Shown here in pieces: positions 26,985 through 38,200 of a stretch of 62,477 bases of DNA (position 1 is its first letter; each line of letters begins with the position of its first letter). A program made the position numbers and the translations under genes. The stretch lies in IMG/VR virus record IMGVR_UViG_3300045999_003247, positions 1 to 62,477 of that record; one strand, given 5' to 3'. The notes beneath the pieces were generated by a model, which was not told the origin of the DNA, made no database searches, and saw nothing but the letters and a program-made list of their open reading frames with translations. The stretch is from a virus. Taxonomy: Duplodnaviria > Caudoviricetes.

Positions 26985-29027
26985 TCAGCCGACCTTTCCG
27001 CCCTCAAGCATTTTCATCAGCTTATACATGCGCCGCGCGCCCTTGCGGCGGCTCCCACCACCTGCGTTACGCACGGCTCTGGCCGTCATCACAAACTCAC
27101 CGTCCGACAGCATCGCAGGGATGGAGTCAGAAGTCCCGGTCCCCGGGCCGTTGATCGGACCCGTCTTTCTCGGGAAATGCGTCTCGCCGCCCTGCTTGAA
27201 CGGGCGTGGTGCCATCGGATTAACGGCACCGCCCTGTGCATAGGTCCGCGGCACTTGGTACATGCCGGGGAGGTTATACGGCTGTGGGATACCGCCCGGC
27301 ATGTTGGTGATCGCGCCTTGCGGCACGTTGTACGTGGGCACCTGCGGCGCCGTCTGCGGCATAGGCACCGTGAACAAAGGGATCTGCCCTGCGTCCGCGT
27401 TTGCGCCTTGAAGGCCGTAGGACGGGGTTTGGACTACGGGGTTATACGGTTGCAGCGTTGCAGGCTGCAGCGATCCGGTAAAGAGCTGCGGGTTGTCCCG
27501 GATGTAGTCCTCGCCCGTGTACGAGCTTTCGTACAGGGGGTTTGCCGCAACTTCTTCTTGCTGGAACCCGCCAGTGGCAGCAGACAGCCCCAGTCCGGTG
27601 GCCACGGCAGGCGCGTAGCGCAGCAAAGAGCCTTGAGCTGCGTTTGGGTTGACGAGGAAAGCGTCCTTGAACCCTGCAAACGTAGGGGAAGCGCCGCCGG
27701 GGGCGAGTGATTTTACGAAGTCCCCTGCTCGACTAAAGAACGTGCTTTGTCCGCCGGCGGGGGGAGCGCCCGCCGTGGGGGCCGCCCCACCAGTGCCCGG
27801 AGCCGCCGCCTCCGCTTGAGGAGTAAAACGTGCGCCTTGCGGGGCTTCATTATAGGCATACGACCGTGGCCCGGTAGGCGGCTGCCCGGCTGGGGCAGCA
27901 GTGCGCGCGTTTTGGTATGCCGTTTTGGCGCCAACCGCAACGCCAGCAACAAGGCCTGCCGTAGCGGCTTCTTTGGGCTTCATGCCGCCGAGAATGCCGG
28001 TCCCCGCGGTAGCTACGCCGGTTCCAACGCCCTGTGCAAGTGCCCCTGTAGCGCTTCTTCCAAGCAAAGATCCAACCTGACCCGCAACGGCTTGACTTGG
28101 ATTGAATCCGCCGATTCCGCCACCACCACCGAAATAACCCATTGCGCCTGATACAAGGGCGTCCTTTAGGCTTCCGCCACCCGCCAGAGTGACGGCGCCG
28201 GCGGCAATTCCGGCAGTAGCCGCAGTGCCTAGACCCGCTATCGCTCCCCCAAGTGACCCTCCGATTGCAGTTCCTATGCCCGGCAGCGCAACCGTCAACC
28301 CCACAGTAGCCAAAACACGGCCAATCGGGCTTTTAAGGACCTTCTTTACGGTGTCTTTTACTTTCTTAAAAGCATTTTTAACGCCGCCGACCACCTTTTT
28401 CAAAAAGAACTCAGGCAGCCCCGTATCAGGGTTGATCGTCCCAGATCCGCCCATGCGCCGGAGCATCGCCGCTTCTTGCGGCGTAATGTGCGCCAGCAGG
28501 GTGTCCCCACGCCGGCCCTTCGACGCCAGATATTGCGCCATGTCGGCAAGGCCGCCACGTGCCATCTCCATCGGAGGCAATCCTGCTACCGTAGGAGACA
28601 CCTCCATCGCAGCGTTAGCGTTGCTGGACAGAGTGCTTAGGTACTCATTGATCGCCATCAGCGCAATGCCGATGAATGCCGGATCGTATTCTTCCGGCAA
28701 GTCATCGGCTTCCATCATGTCGCTGTCGATCAACTGCTGACGGATGCGCGGGTAGTCCGAAGGACTGTTGGCAAGGTACTCAAAAACATCAATAAGATCA
28801 GCGGCTTCTGTCGCCGTCAGATCCAAGTCTGCAATGCTTTCCCGGACGGCCTGACGTACAGCAGCCGCTTGATTAGGGTCGTTCGTCGAAAGACCAAGCG
28901 CGGTCAGCGCGGCGTCATACGTGTCCGCACTGGAGACGTAAACCGGCTCTTGCTGTGCGCCCTGCGGGGCTGGAGGAGCCTGCATGCCCTGCATATCAGG
29001 CAGGGACATGATGCCTTCATTTGCCAT
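26985..29027 (-). CDS. Putative internal virion / ejection protein
   Basis: GDTLLAHI...GGSGTINPDTGLPEF module; Gly/Ala membrane-like segment; GPGTGTSDSIPAMLSDGEFV motif. Confidence 0.6.
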   Translation of the reverse strand: MANEGIMSLPDMQGMQAPPAPQGAQQEPVYVSSADTYDAALTALGLSTNDPNQAAAVRQAVRESIADLDLTATEAADLIDVFEYLANSPSDYPRIRQQLIDSDMMEADDLPEEYDPAFIGIALMAINEYLSTLSSNANAAMEVSPTVAGLPPMEMARGGLADMAQYLASKGRRGDTLLAHITPQEAAMLRRMGGSGTINPDTGLPEFFLKKVVGGVKNAFKKVKDTVKKVLKSPIGRVLATVGLTVALPGIGTAIGGSLGGAIAGLGTAATAGIAAGAVTLAGGGSLKDALVSGAMGYFGGGGGIGGFNPSQAVAGQVGSLLGRSATGALAQGVGTGVATAGTGILGGMKPKEAATAGLVAGVAVGAKTAYQNARTAAPAGQPPTGPRSYAYNEAPQGARFTPQAEAAAPGTGGAAPTAGAPPAGGQSTFFSRAGDFVKSLAPGGASPTFAGFKDAFLVNPNAAQGSLLRYAPAVATGLGLSAATGGFQQEEVAANPLYESSYTGEDYIRDNPQLFTGSLQPATLQPYNPVVQTPSYGLQGANADAGQIPLFTVPMPQTAPQVPTYNVPQGAITNMPGGIPQPYNLPGMYQVPRTYAQGGAVNPMAPRPFKQGGETHFPRKTGPINGPGTGTSDSIPAMLSDGEFVMTARAVRNAGGGSRRKGARRMYKLMKMLEGGKVG

Positions 29028-29131
29028 GGTGGTCCTTTCCTTGTTCTGCCATAGGCCCGGCATGCGGGCCGCGCGTCGGGAAAGGACGCGAAGATGGCTC
29101 GATTATGATGGATGTCGTCACAGCCTGTCTA
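29028..29131 (-). promoter_or_regulatory. Structured 5' leader (candidate translational switch) and possible promoter
   Basis: Two perfect 6-bp hairpins closed by a 5-bp stem; 9-nt anti-SD; TAGACA-N18-CATAAT upstream. Confidence 0.55.
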
Positions 29132-29444
29132 CTTCAAGGTAGGACAGGTAGAAATTCACTGCAGCAGCACTGGAAGTCACCCGAAGATTGTCTCCACTCT
29201 CAAGGACACACGGGATTCCGCTAAACACGTCAAACGTGCCGTTAACCTCAAGTGGCCTATTTTTCTGCAGGTAATACGTGGTCCCTGTTCCAGTATGCGT
29301 GACTGTGACCTGAGAAGTAGCAGTGCCGTTGTTCGTGACCCGCAAAGAACGGACAACGGCTGAGTTTGCCTCTGGCACCGTATAGATGGTTGTCTCGGTT
29401 GCGGCAGAGGGGATAAGGACTTTTCTGAAATACTTATTGGCCAT
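29118..29444 (-). CDS. Small beta-rich virion protein
   Basis: TIYTVP...RVTN...LESGD.L pattern; late-gene context. Confidence 0.6.
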   Translation of the reverse strand: MANKYFRKVLIPSAATETTIYTVPEANSAVVRSLRVTNNGTATSQVTVTHTGTGTTYYLQKNRPLEVNGTFDVFSGIPCVLESGDNLRVTSSAAAVNFYLSYLEVDRL

Positions 29445-29452
29445 GTCCGCCT

Positions 29453-30862
29453 CTACTCTGTCAGGTCATAGAACGTGAGTGACCCGACCGCGTCCCCAGT
29501 GGTTGCACCAGAAACCGTGCGAATAGCAATAGTGTAGACATCGCTAGTGCCGGCAATAGAAACGCCCAACTGCAAGTCAAAGTTGTACGCATTTGAGAAG
29601 CTGGTGTTCTGCGTCCCACCAGAGCCAGATGACGTCACATAATCCGTTTGAACAATCGTCCCGCCCGTTATCGCCGTGGCTGCGACGTCATACTCCACAT
29701 TCGCGTCCGAAGGCACCGTAGCCGCCCATGTCGCACTAGTCAGCGTGGGGTTTTTGACCAGCGCTACTTCGTAGTTCTGACTGGTTGTTGGGAGCACCTG
29801 AACGCGGTTGGGCAGCACTATCGCTCCCGTCCTACCCGAGGCTAGGCGGATAGACACCAAGGGCAGGAAGGTCGTTCCGATAGTGCCTAGAATTGTTGTC
29901 CTTCGTGCAATGTGGTCAACCGACGTCTGCTGGAACCCCCCCTCTGATACGACAGTGCAGCAGATCGCCTTCATAGAGGCAGCAACCGCCGACGTGGTGC
30001 TCGTAATCTCGTAGCGAACCGGCAGGATTGCCGTGGTCATGTAGACGTTGGCAATGTCGTTAGCGTTGTTGAAGGTGTGGCAGACAATGTACTCACCATT
30101 AATGATGAACCCACACCGTACCGACCCAACCCCAAGCCACTCAAAATCCATCCAAAGGATCTGAGCCTTAGACGGGTCCAGCACCAGCCCTGAAGGGCCA
30201 GTGCCGTCGAGCTTGTCGCCGTTCCAAGAAGACTGGCTAACGGCCCGGGAGTCGCTGACGCTGCCCGTCACGTAGCTCCGCAGGACAAAGGAGTTCGTTG
30301 ACCCCGTCCTCTTAAAGAACACCCCGTTCTGCGCGTTGTAATAGCCCACCTGCTGCGTCAAGTTTGCGCTGGTACTGCTGTCCATCACAAAGGTGGCAAG
30401 TACAAGCAGCCCTTTACCCGGCTGGTACGGGAAAGAACGGTACGACTGGCGAATTACGGAGCCCACCCCGCCAGAGGTGACCTCCATCTTGACCGCCGCT
30501 TCGTTGGACAAGAACGTCGTCGTCCCCGTGCCGGTGGTGGATACGTCGAACTGATTGTCCGCGGCGTATCTGTTCTGACTGTCGAACAACGTGTAAGGCT
30601 CACTTACACGCTGCCGGCCAAACGCGTCAAGCGACGTCGGCGGAAATGAAATTGGATTCGGAAGACCGTTTGTGTCCATGCCGCCCCCGCCGTCCCCGTA
30701 CCAAGCATATGCCGAGTCTTTGTTCTCGGTAACCACAGGGGAATACGTGCTGTTAAGCTGAAAAATGACCTGTTCAAGCGAACGTACAAGCTGGTCGAAC
30801 TGCTCCGGGCTGTACATCGTCGCCGCAGCGTTCGGCAGACGGACGTTGAGTATCTTACTCAT
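29453..30862 (-). CDS. Virion-associated protein with DAFGR-type beta-sandwich domain
   Basis: Short helical N-terminus, Gly linker, then DAFGRQRVS, YQPGK and MDFEWLGVG motifs. Confidence 0.55.
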   Translation of the reverse strand: MSKILNVRLPNAAATMYSPEQFDQLVRSLEQVIFQLNSTYSPVVTENKDSAYAWYGDGGGGMDTNGLPNPISFPPTSLDAFGRQRVSEPYTLFDSQNRYAADNQFDVSTTGTGTTTFLSNEAAVKMEVTSGGVGSVIRQSYRSFPYQPGKGLLVLATFVMDSSTSANLTQQVGYYNAQNGVFFKRTGSTNSFVLRSYVTGSVSDSRAVSQSSWNGDKLDGTGPSGLVLDPSKAQILWMDFEWLGVGSVRCGFIINGEYIVCHTFNNANDIANVYMTTAILPVRYEITSTTSAVAASMKAICCTVVSEGGFQQTSVDHIARRTTILGTIGTTFLPLVSIRLASGRTGAIVLPNRVQVLPTTSQNYEVALVKNPTLTSATWAATVPSDANVEYDVAATAITGGTIVQTDYVTSSGSGGTQNTSFSNAYNFDLQLGVSIAGTSDVYTIAIRTVSGATTGDAVGSLTFYDLTE

Positions 30863-32712
30863 CTTAGGCCGTCAGGCTGGATGTCGACCCGCATGGTGCC
30901 GAAGCGCCAGTTGGACCCAACCCCGTCGCTCGCAACACGAAGACTGATCTGCCTCCCGCGCGCCCGAGTGTCCACTTTCTCCGTGTTCGGAGAAATCACA
31001 TACGGGTCAAGAGAACTCGGCACCGCAGATCCCTGCGGATACGGACGAAGCAGCAGGTGCACCGTCAGGTTCTCGCTCTGATCCTTGAAGTCAGGGATAA
31101 ACCGACGCATGTACATCATCTCGTCGCCGTCCCCAATGTCAAAGTAGCCAGATGTGATGTACGAGGGGATTGGATCGGTTACGGCGTTCACGCCGTCTTC
31201 GTGGTTGTACAAGCGTGATCGACCTGCCGTTACCCCGTAAATGGTCGAGATCGTCGCCTCAGTTGAAGTCGGATCATAGTCCATAGCCACGGGCTTATCG
31301 TAAGTGCCAAGATCCTGCCACGTAGTTCTCGATAACGTGCCGACCGACCAGACGCCTTCAAGGTAGTTGTAGGTGACGAAGCGATTGATGTAGTTTTGCC
31401 CGAGAGAGCAGTACCACCACGTTACCTCATTAAACTGTGTGTTGATGCCGACGTGCGTCTTAGCGGACTCTACGATGTTCATGTCCTTAAACACGTAGTC
31501 CTGCACCGTGCACGGCATCTTCTTCACCGTACCGTCAAACACGTAGAACGCGTCCTTACTCATCCAATAGGACACGCCATTCACATCCGCCGAAGCGTGC
31601 GGGCCAATGCACCCGCAGTTGGCGCCCAACTGCTGGAAGCCAAAGGTGTACGGCGGCCCGACATACTGCATGCCATGCAAGGACGTGTCCGTCCAGATCA
31701 AAATCTGACCACGAGAACGAAGCGCCGTTATGACCTCGTTGCCATCCGTGAGCCGTTGTCCACCCGCCGTGTTTGTAGCCGTTGCGGCGAACTCCTGCAG
31801 GTTCTCTTGACTGGAGAACCGCACATACATCGGATCCTGAGTGCTCGGCGTGCCAATCGTAGACTCCGTGCCAAAGCAAACCAAGTGCCGGTCAGGCGTT
31901 GAGACCAGCGCATAACGGCTCTTTGTGGGGGCGTTAGGGATTACCGCAGCACGCGTGTTGATGCCCGCAGACAAATCCCAGCGGTAAATTCCGCCGTTAA
32001 CGAGCTGGAGAATCAGGTCTTCGCCGAAGTTGTCAAACTGCCATACACGAGAACTTAACGACAATGCGGAAGACTGTGGGCGTGCCGTGCCCCACGTAGA
32101 CGCACTCCAAGTTCCAGTGCCCCATCCAAAGTCAAAATAACTAACATCCGTTCCAGTGTTGATCTGGTACGCCGCAGTTGCACTGCCAGCAGTGGAAACA
32201 GTGCTTGAGGCTTGCGTAGGGGACTGAATGCGGTAAGAACTTCCAGAAATAACCTCTAGGATCTCAAACTCGTTTTGTAAGCTGGCGTTGGTAATGCCCC
32301 CGGGGTTCCCTGTGACGCTGGAGAACGTAACGAAGTCCCCGACAATGGCCCCGTGATTAAAGTCATTCACCACGACATTCGTAGAGCCGGAAGTGGTGTT
32401 AAACGTGACTCCGGTTTCGGTGGCGCGAATCGGCGTGATGTCCGCCCAAATTCCACCGTAGAAAACATAGACCTTTCGTGTGGTGCCAATAGCAAGAGCG
32501 GGTGAGCCCGCTAGATCGTTCCACGTGAACACCTCACTGGCCATACCAAGAAAATACTCGGCAGACTCATTGAAGTTCGTCCATCCGCCCAGCTTCTCAG
32601 GAAGCCCGTACCGAAAGCGGATGTAATCGCCGTCGATCCAGCCGCCTTCCGCACCGTACTCGGTGTTCTGTTTGTCGATGCCCGGCTTCAGAAATAACCG
32701 CAAGAGAGGCAT
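30859..32712 (-). CDS. Tail nozzle / DNA stabilisation protein (P22 gp10 / T7 gp12-like)
   Basis: 617-aa beta-rich protein; RF..G.PEK.GG start; YVRFS motif; podovirus position. Confidence 0.65.
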   Translation of the reverse strand: MPLLRLFLKPGIDKQNTEYGAEGGWIDGDYIRFRYGLPEKLGGWTNFNESAEYFLGMASEVFTWNDLAGSPALAIGTTRKVYVFYGGIWADITPIRATETGVTFNTTSGSTNVVVNDFNHGAIVGDFVTFSSVTGNPGGITNASLQNEFEILEVISGSSYRIQSPTQASSTVSTAGSATAAYQINTGTDVSYFDFGWGTGTWSASTWGTARPQSSALSLSSRVWQFDNFGEDLILQLVNGGIYRWDLSAGINTRAAVIPNAPTKSRYALVSTPDRHLVCFGTESTIGTPSTQDPMYVRFSSQENLQEFAATATNTAGGQRLTDGNEVITALRSRGQILIWTDTSLHGMQYVGPPYTFGFQQLGANCGCIGPHASADVNGVSYWMSKDAFYVFDGTVKKMPCTVQDYVFKDMNIVESAKTHVGINTQFNEVTWWYCSLGQNYINRFVTYNYLEGVWSVGTLSRTTWQDLGTYDKPVAMDYDPTSTEATISTIYGVTAGRSRLYNHEDGVNAVTDPIPSYITSGYFDIGDGDEMMYMRRFIPDFKDQSENLTVHLLLRPYPQGSAVPSSLDPYVISPNTEKVDTRARGRQISLRVASDGVGSNWRFGTMRVDIQPDGLR

Positions 32713-32727
32713 TGCCGTGCCGCCGCG

Positions 32728-32901
32728 TCAGGTCTTCTTGCTGCGCGAGCCGCGGGCCGCGCGCATGTTGTCGACAAGATTGGGGTACGGACGACCCGCC
32801 TTCTTTGCCATCTTCTTGGCAGAAGCCTTCTTGGCCGCCGTAAGTGCTTCCGGCTTACCGAGTTTAGCAGGGCGCTTTTTATCCCAGACAGGTTCTTTCA
32901 T
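32728..32901 (-). CDS. Small Lys-rich protein (57 aa; not in the ORF track)
   Basis: MKEPVWDKKRP...AKKAGRPYPNLVDNMRAA; GAGGT SD. Confidence 0.7.
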   Translation of the reverse strand: MKEPVWDKKRPAKLGKPEALTAAKKASAKKMAKKAGRPYPNLVDNMRAARGSRSKKT

Positions 32902-32948
32902 ACGCCACCTCTACTTAGTAATCCTTGACGAGCACGTTCGGCGTGCAC

Positions 32949-35045
32949 CTATTGTAGGAAGATCAGAAAGTTTCCACCAGAACCGAATTGCCAGCCCGTA
33001 TTCCCCCCAAGGTTTACACTGTTTAGACCCGCGCGCCAAGACGCCCCGCCTGTCGCGGTGCTGTTTTGAATCTGCACGTAATCCACGCTAACCGACCCGC
33101 TAGACTTAGACAGCGTTGCGGGGGAGGTAGACGAGGAGTTTATTGTTACAGGGTTGCCCAACGTACCGTTTACGTTGAAATCAGTGACTGTTTGCGTTGT
33201 GCCTGCTGTGAACGTAAAGGTTGTGGGCTGTACGCCGTTAGCAATAGTCGTAAATGTGTTACTTCCAGTGACGATGAGTGCCCCTGCACCGTCGTTAGAT
33301 AGCGTGCAGTTATATGTCGCCCCGCCTCCCGCAAAAATCTTTGCGGCAACCCCTGTCATGCTTATCTTTCCCGTTCCGGTTCCCGCTGTTGTTGTAAAGT
33401 TTGGCGCAACAAGAGCAGAGCATGTGAACACGGAAACTGTGGGGGACTCACCTGTAACAGTAAGTGTTCCCCCGTTAAACGTCAGGTTTTTATTTACAAC
33501 ACTTCCGACTGTGTTGCCCACAAAAAACTGAAGGCAGCTCAGTGTTTTTCCGTTAAGGTCCGCTGTCCCCTCAAGTAGATATGCCTGCCTCGTCGTAGAT
33601 AAAGCGTCTAGAGGCTTGAACGTGTTAGATAAGAAGTATAAGATGGTCCCAAAAGAAACCCCGTTAGATGTTACGTTCTGGGTCTTTCTTCCAGAAAACC
33701 CAATACTGCCTCCAGCTTGAGACAACACCACGCCGGTACCGGTCTTCCAGTCTCCGTGAACGGAAAAAGCAGAGTTAACCGCAAACGTCATGGCGGTTGT
33801 TCGGCCAGACAGGTCTATGCTTCCAAAATTAAAAGTAGCACTGGTGGATACCGTGCCCGCCGCTCCCGTGTTATCAAAAACAGCAGTGTCTTGCGCAAGG
33901 GGGAAATTATCCACGGCAGGCGTTCCTCCAGAGGACAGCGCCCAGCCTGTGTTTTGGATGTTTCTTACACCACTTAAGTTCCAATAGACAGTTTTTGCCG
34001 CAGGGAACGTTATGCCAGAATTTCCACCGCAATCTCCTGCGCGTAGGGGAGAGGCAGGAGAGGCCGCGCCAGAAAGCGTAATGTCTCTAAAGTCACAGTT
34101 ATTAGCAGCAATTGCAGCGGCTGTTATTGTCCTAGAAGTCCTGCGAGCGCTTGAATAAACAGCGTTTCTGGATATGGCCGAGGCCCCGCTTATGGATAAA
34201 GTGCCGTTTACTGTCTGGTTATCGTAAAGGACTATTGATTTTACGCTAACGCTGGTAGCCGACACGGTTAGATTATTGAAGGTGTTTTGTCCGCTTATGC
34301 GGATGTCACCTGTTTCGGTGCCCGAGCCCGCGTTAGATGTATTAGAAAGGTTATAAAAAGTAACCCCTGACCCCCCGTGTATGGCCAGATACAAGCCAGA
34401 CGACAAGTTTCCTGATGCTGAGACAGAGGACGTCCCCGCAAGAAACGTCAGGTTCGTTGATGTGGAAAAATCAATAGGCCTAGTCGGCGCTCCAGTAAAT
34501 GAAGTGCTTGAAAGTGAAACCGTAGAACTTCCTAACGATATGGTCCTAGCATTGGAGTTGCTTGACGATATGGCTCCTTGCGACAGGCTATAGTTATTAG
34601 TTGTAAAAGTCCCACGTGTGACGGTCAGCAGCCCTCCGCTGCCCAACATCGCATCGCCAAGGGAAACTGTTATCCCAATTCCGTCTATCGTTACATATGG
34701 TAGTGATTTTCCAGCGGAGATCAGTGTTGAGTCGGCTGTTATGGTGACTGTTCCGAAGTAGTTCATCACCATAGTAGAAGCTAGGGTGATGTTCCCCGCG
34801 ACGGTGATCGCGCCTGTTGACGATGTAGCCAGAGTCCCTGTGAACCCCGTAAAAGTTATGCTTTTTGCACCCGTATTTGAGGGATCAATAGAAACGGTAA
34901 CTGCACCGCTGTTTGCGTCTATGAAAACGTCATCGGCAGTCGTTGGAACAGAAGCGCCTCCCGCTCCACCGGAAGTAGTCGACCACTTGGTCCCCGCCGT
35001 TCCGTCCCAATTAGCGGTGCCGCCAACCCAATAACGGTTAGCCAT
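32949..35045 (-). CDS. Tail-associated beta-helix protein (possible receptor-binding protein)
   Basis: RYWVGG..W...W...SGG...P...D.V.F motif, repeated internally; T/S/G-rich. Confidence 0.65.
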   Translation of the reverse strand: MANRYWVGGTANWDGTAGTKWSTTSGGAGGASVPTTADDVFIDANSGAVTVSIDPSNTGAKSITFTGFTGTLATSSTGAITVAGNITLASTMVMNYFGTVTITADSTLISAGKSLPYVTIDGIGITVSLGDAMLGSGGLLTVTRGTFTTNNYSLSQGAISSSNSNARTISLGSSTVSLSSTSFTGAPTRPIDFSTSTNLTFLAGTSSVSASGNLSSGLYLAIHGGSGVTFYNLSNTSNAGSGTETGDIRISGQNTFNNLTVSATSVSVKSIVLYDNQTVNGTLSISGASAISRNAVYSSARRTSRTITAAAIAANNCDFRDITLSGAASPASPLRAGDCGGNSGITFPAAKTVYWNLSGVRNIQNTGWALSSGGTPAVDNFPLAQDTAVFDNTGAAGTVSTSATFNFGSIDLSGRTTAMTFAVNSAFSVHGDWKTGTGVVLSQAGGSIGFSGRKTQNVTSNGVSFGTILYFLSNTFKPLDALSTTRQAYLLEGTADLNGKTLSCLQFFVGNTVGSVVNKNLTFNGGTLTVTGESPTVSVFTCSALVAPNFTTTAGTGTGKISMTGVAAKIFAGGGATYNCTLSNDGAGALIVTGSNTFTTIANGVQPTTFTFTAGTTQTVTDFNVNGTLGNPVTINSSSTSPATLSKSSGSVSVDYVQIQNSTATGGASWRAGLNSVNLGGNTGWQFGSGGNFLIFLQ

Positions 35046-35292
35046 CTATGATCCCCGGCTCTGGATTCGGCTCGGGCAATGGCTCGGGCAATGGCTCGGG
35101 CAATGGCTCGGGCAATGGCTCGGGCTCTGGAAGGATTATTGGATTCTCAATGTTGTAAACCCAACTTGTGACCCGTTCTAGTTTCATCTCTTCAATGACC
35201 TCCTGCGGAGGCAAAGGCTGATCCTCTGGGAAGTACAGCGCGTCACGGTATGTCCCGTACTGGGTTTCAGCTTCAAAGGTTATCTTTATCAT
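35038..35292 (-). CDS. Small protein with PEPL repeats (fibre chaperone-like position)
   Basis: Tandem 12-bp repeats at ~35069-35124. Confidence 0.6.
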   Translation of the reverse strand: MIKITFEAETQYGTYRDALYFPEDQPLPPQEVIEEMKLERVTSWVYNIENPIILPEPEPLPEPLPEPLPEPLPEPNPEPGIIDG

Positions 35293-35294
35293 TG

Positions 35295-38200
35295 TTATGC
35301 CTGTGTAGAAACAGCCAGAACGTCCCACCGCGCGTTGTAGGCGTTGTATATGCATCCTACATACGTGGTCTTGTTTGCAGTGGTAGCCGTTGGAAGTGTC
35401 ACGCCGATCTGCACATACGTTCCATTCCAAGTCAAAGCACGGCTTGTTCCGTTGTCTAGTATACGAAAAACCAGTTTACTCCCGTCAACAGGGGTTCCTG
35501 TTGGGGCGTTGATGGTAAGTCCTTCCGCAAGCGCCGTATAGGCATAGATGTCCGCAGCACTTACATCTGGGGTCAGGCTTGCTGCCGACGACGCAGAAAC
35601 CACTCTCGGATCAATGCGCTTGTTCGTCAGCGTTGCCGTGCCGTTTGTTGTTGCGACACCATTCGCTGCGTTAACAGAATTTCCTAGCGCCGTGACAACC
35701 CCTGTACCGGTAGTGGCGGAGGAAATCGCGGTGCCCGAGCCGCCCCCTAGTAACAAGGCGTTAGAAGCTAACGCGCCTGATTGGGTGACAACACCCCCGG
35801 TTGTATTGACCGAATTTCCTAGCGCAGTAAGAACGCCTGATCCGGTTGTGGTCGTTGCCGGTGCAGCCCCAGCGCCTCCGCCTATTACGAGGGAGTTTGC
35901 CGCTAGAGCAGCAGAAGATGCCCAAGAACTTGCACTGCTAAAGTATGGGATGCCCCCCGATGTACCCGCTACCGTTAATGCAAGCGTCCCAGTGGACGTG
36001 ACCGGAGATCCACTTACAGAAATCAATCCGCCGGTAAACGTTTGTCCAACAGAGGTAACTGTTCCGTTGCCCCCGGTGGTAGCAATCGTGATAGCGCCGT
36101 TCCCGTTTGTGATAGAAATTCCACTCCCAGCGGTCAGGGTGGACTTTGTGAGCGTATTACCGGTCGTGTTGCCAATTAAAAGTTGGCCATCCGTATACGA
36201 ATCTTGACCCGTTCCGCCTCGGCTCACCGACAACGTGCCCGTGGTGCCGCCGACAATAGGAAGCCCTGTGGCGTTGGTAAGCGTCAGTGCGCTTGGCGTT
36301 CCCAAGTTCGGCGTGGTCAAAACAGGAGACGTGGCTAGTACGTTATTTCCAGACCCCGTGTTCGTCACGCTGACGACGTTCTTGCTAGCGTCTAACGCCA
36401 ATGCCGTGCTGGCGGTCAGGCCTGAAAGCGTCGTTGTGCCGCTCGCGGACAGGCTGGTAAATGCGCCTGAATTTGCCGTTGTCGCTCCAACCGTGCCGTT
36501 GATGTTGATGCTAGCGGTGCCCGTCAGGTTCGTTACCGTACCTGATGAAGGAGTTCCCAACGCCCCGCCGTTAACAACAAACGATCCCGAACTGCCTGTG
36601 TTAACACCCAGAGCCGTGGCAACGCCCGTCCCAAATGACGTAATCCCAGTGCCGCCATTGGCTACGGCAAGCGTGCCCCCAAGAGTAATTGCACCGGTGG
36701 TTGCGCTCGAAGGCGTAAGTCCCGTAAGACCGCCGCTGAAAGAACTTACCGATCCGGAGGACGACACAATAATGTTTGCCGTGGAGTACCACTGCGTCGT
36801 ACTCGACGCATTGAACTCCATATAACCGCCGACCACGACTGAAATGGGGATGTTGGCGCCAAGGGCATCAATGGCACCGCCAGTGGCCGGAAAGACGTTG
36901 ATCGGGTTTGCGCCTTTGTTGACGATGATGATTCGGCGACCGGTAGTAGCCGTGGGCAGCGTCACCCCGCTGGGGTTGCTTGCCGCTGTCGTAATGACGT
37001 TGTAGTCACTCGTCAACGCCCCTTGACCCTGTGCGTTGGTTCCTGCCGTTACGGCAGCGTTGGTGCTAAATGTCTCCCCAGACAACGCAGGGGTAGTTAG
37101 GCTGGGGCTCGTTCCGAATACCAGCGCCCCGGATCCCGTTTCGTCGGTGACGGCCGCTGCAAGGTTTGAACTAGAGGGCGTCCCAAGGAACGTCAGAATC
37201 CCCGTACCAGTCGTGGTGGTAGAAGGCGCCGCGCCCGCACCGCCGCCAATTACCAGCGCGTTCGCAGCAAGAACGCCAGAACTGGCCATTGTGTTAGCGG
37301 CGTTAAAGTACGGCAGGCCGCCTGACGTGCCCCCCGTAAGCCCAGTGCCGCCCTGTGGAACAGTTACCGCAGCATTTGTGGACAACAGCGTCGTGCTTGC
37401 ATCCGGTAAGGTATACGTGCGGGAAGCAGTCGGGCCAGAAAAAGTAAGTTGCTGCGTTGCAATCGGCAACGTGGTGTTTGAATCAGGCAACGTTACCGTG
37501 CGGCTCGCGCTCAACGTTGCAGGCGTAAGAGATACCGTGTGCGACGATGTGCCGCCAGCACGGCCAACAAGAGCCACTCCGTCCTGCGTAGCAGCCGCAC
37601 GACTCAAGACCCCAGACGCGCTGGTAGAGACTACAGAAGTAAAAGCACCCGTGTTCGGGGTGGTCGCCCCCACCGTGCCGTTGATGTTGATGCTGGCTGT
37701 GCCCGTCAGGTTCGTTACCGTACCGGAGGAAGGAGTTCCCAACGCCCCACCGTTAACAACAAACGATCCCGAACTGTCCGTATTAACCCCCAGAGCCGTG
37801 GCAACGCCCGTCCCGAAGGAGGTGATACCCGTTCCGCCGTTTGCTACCGAAAGCGTACCTCCAAGGGTAATTGCTCCCGCCGTCGCACTTGAAGGCGTCA
37901 AGCCTGTAGCTCCGGCACTGAACGAAGTTACCGCACCTGTAGACGACACAATGATGTTCGCTGTGGAATACCATTGAGTCGTGCTCGACGCGTTTAACTC
38001 CATGTACCCGCCGACGACGATTGAAATCGGCGTGTTGGCGCCAAGCGCGTCAATGGCCCCGCCAGTGGCCGGAAAGACGTTGATCGGGTTTGCGCCCTTA
38101 TTAACGATAATGATCCGGCGACCAGTGGTCGCCGTGGGCAGCGTCACCCCACTCGGGTTATTTGCCGCTGTCGTAACGATATTGTAGTCACTGGTCAGCG

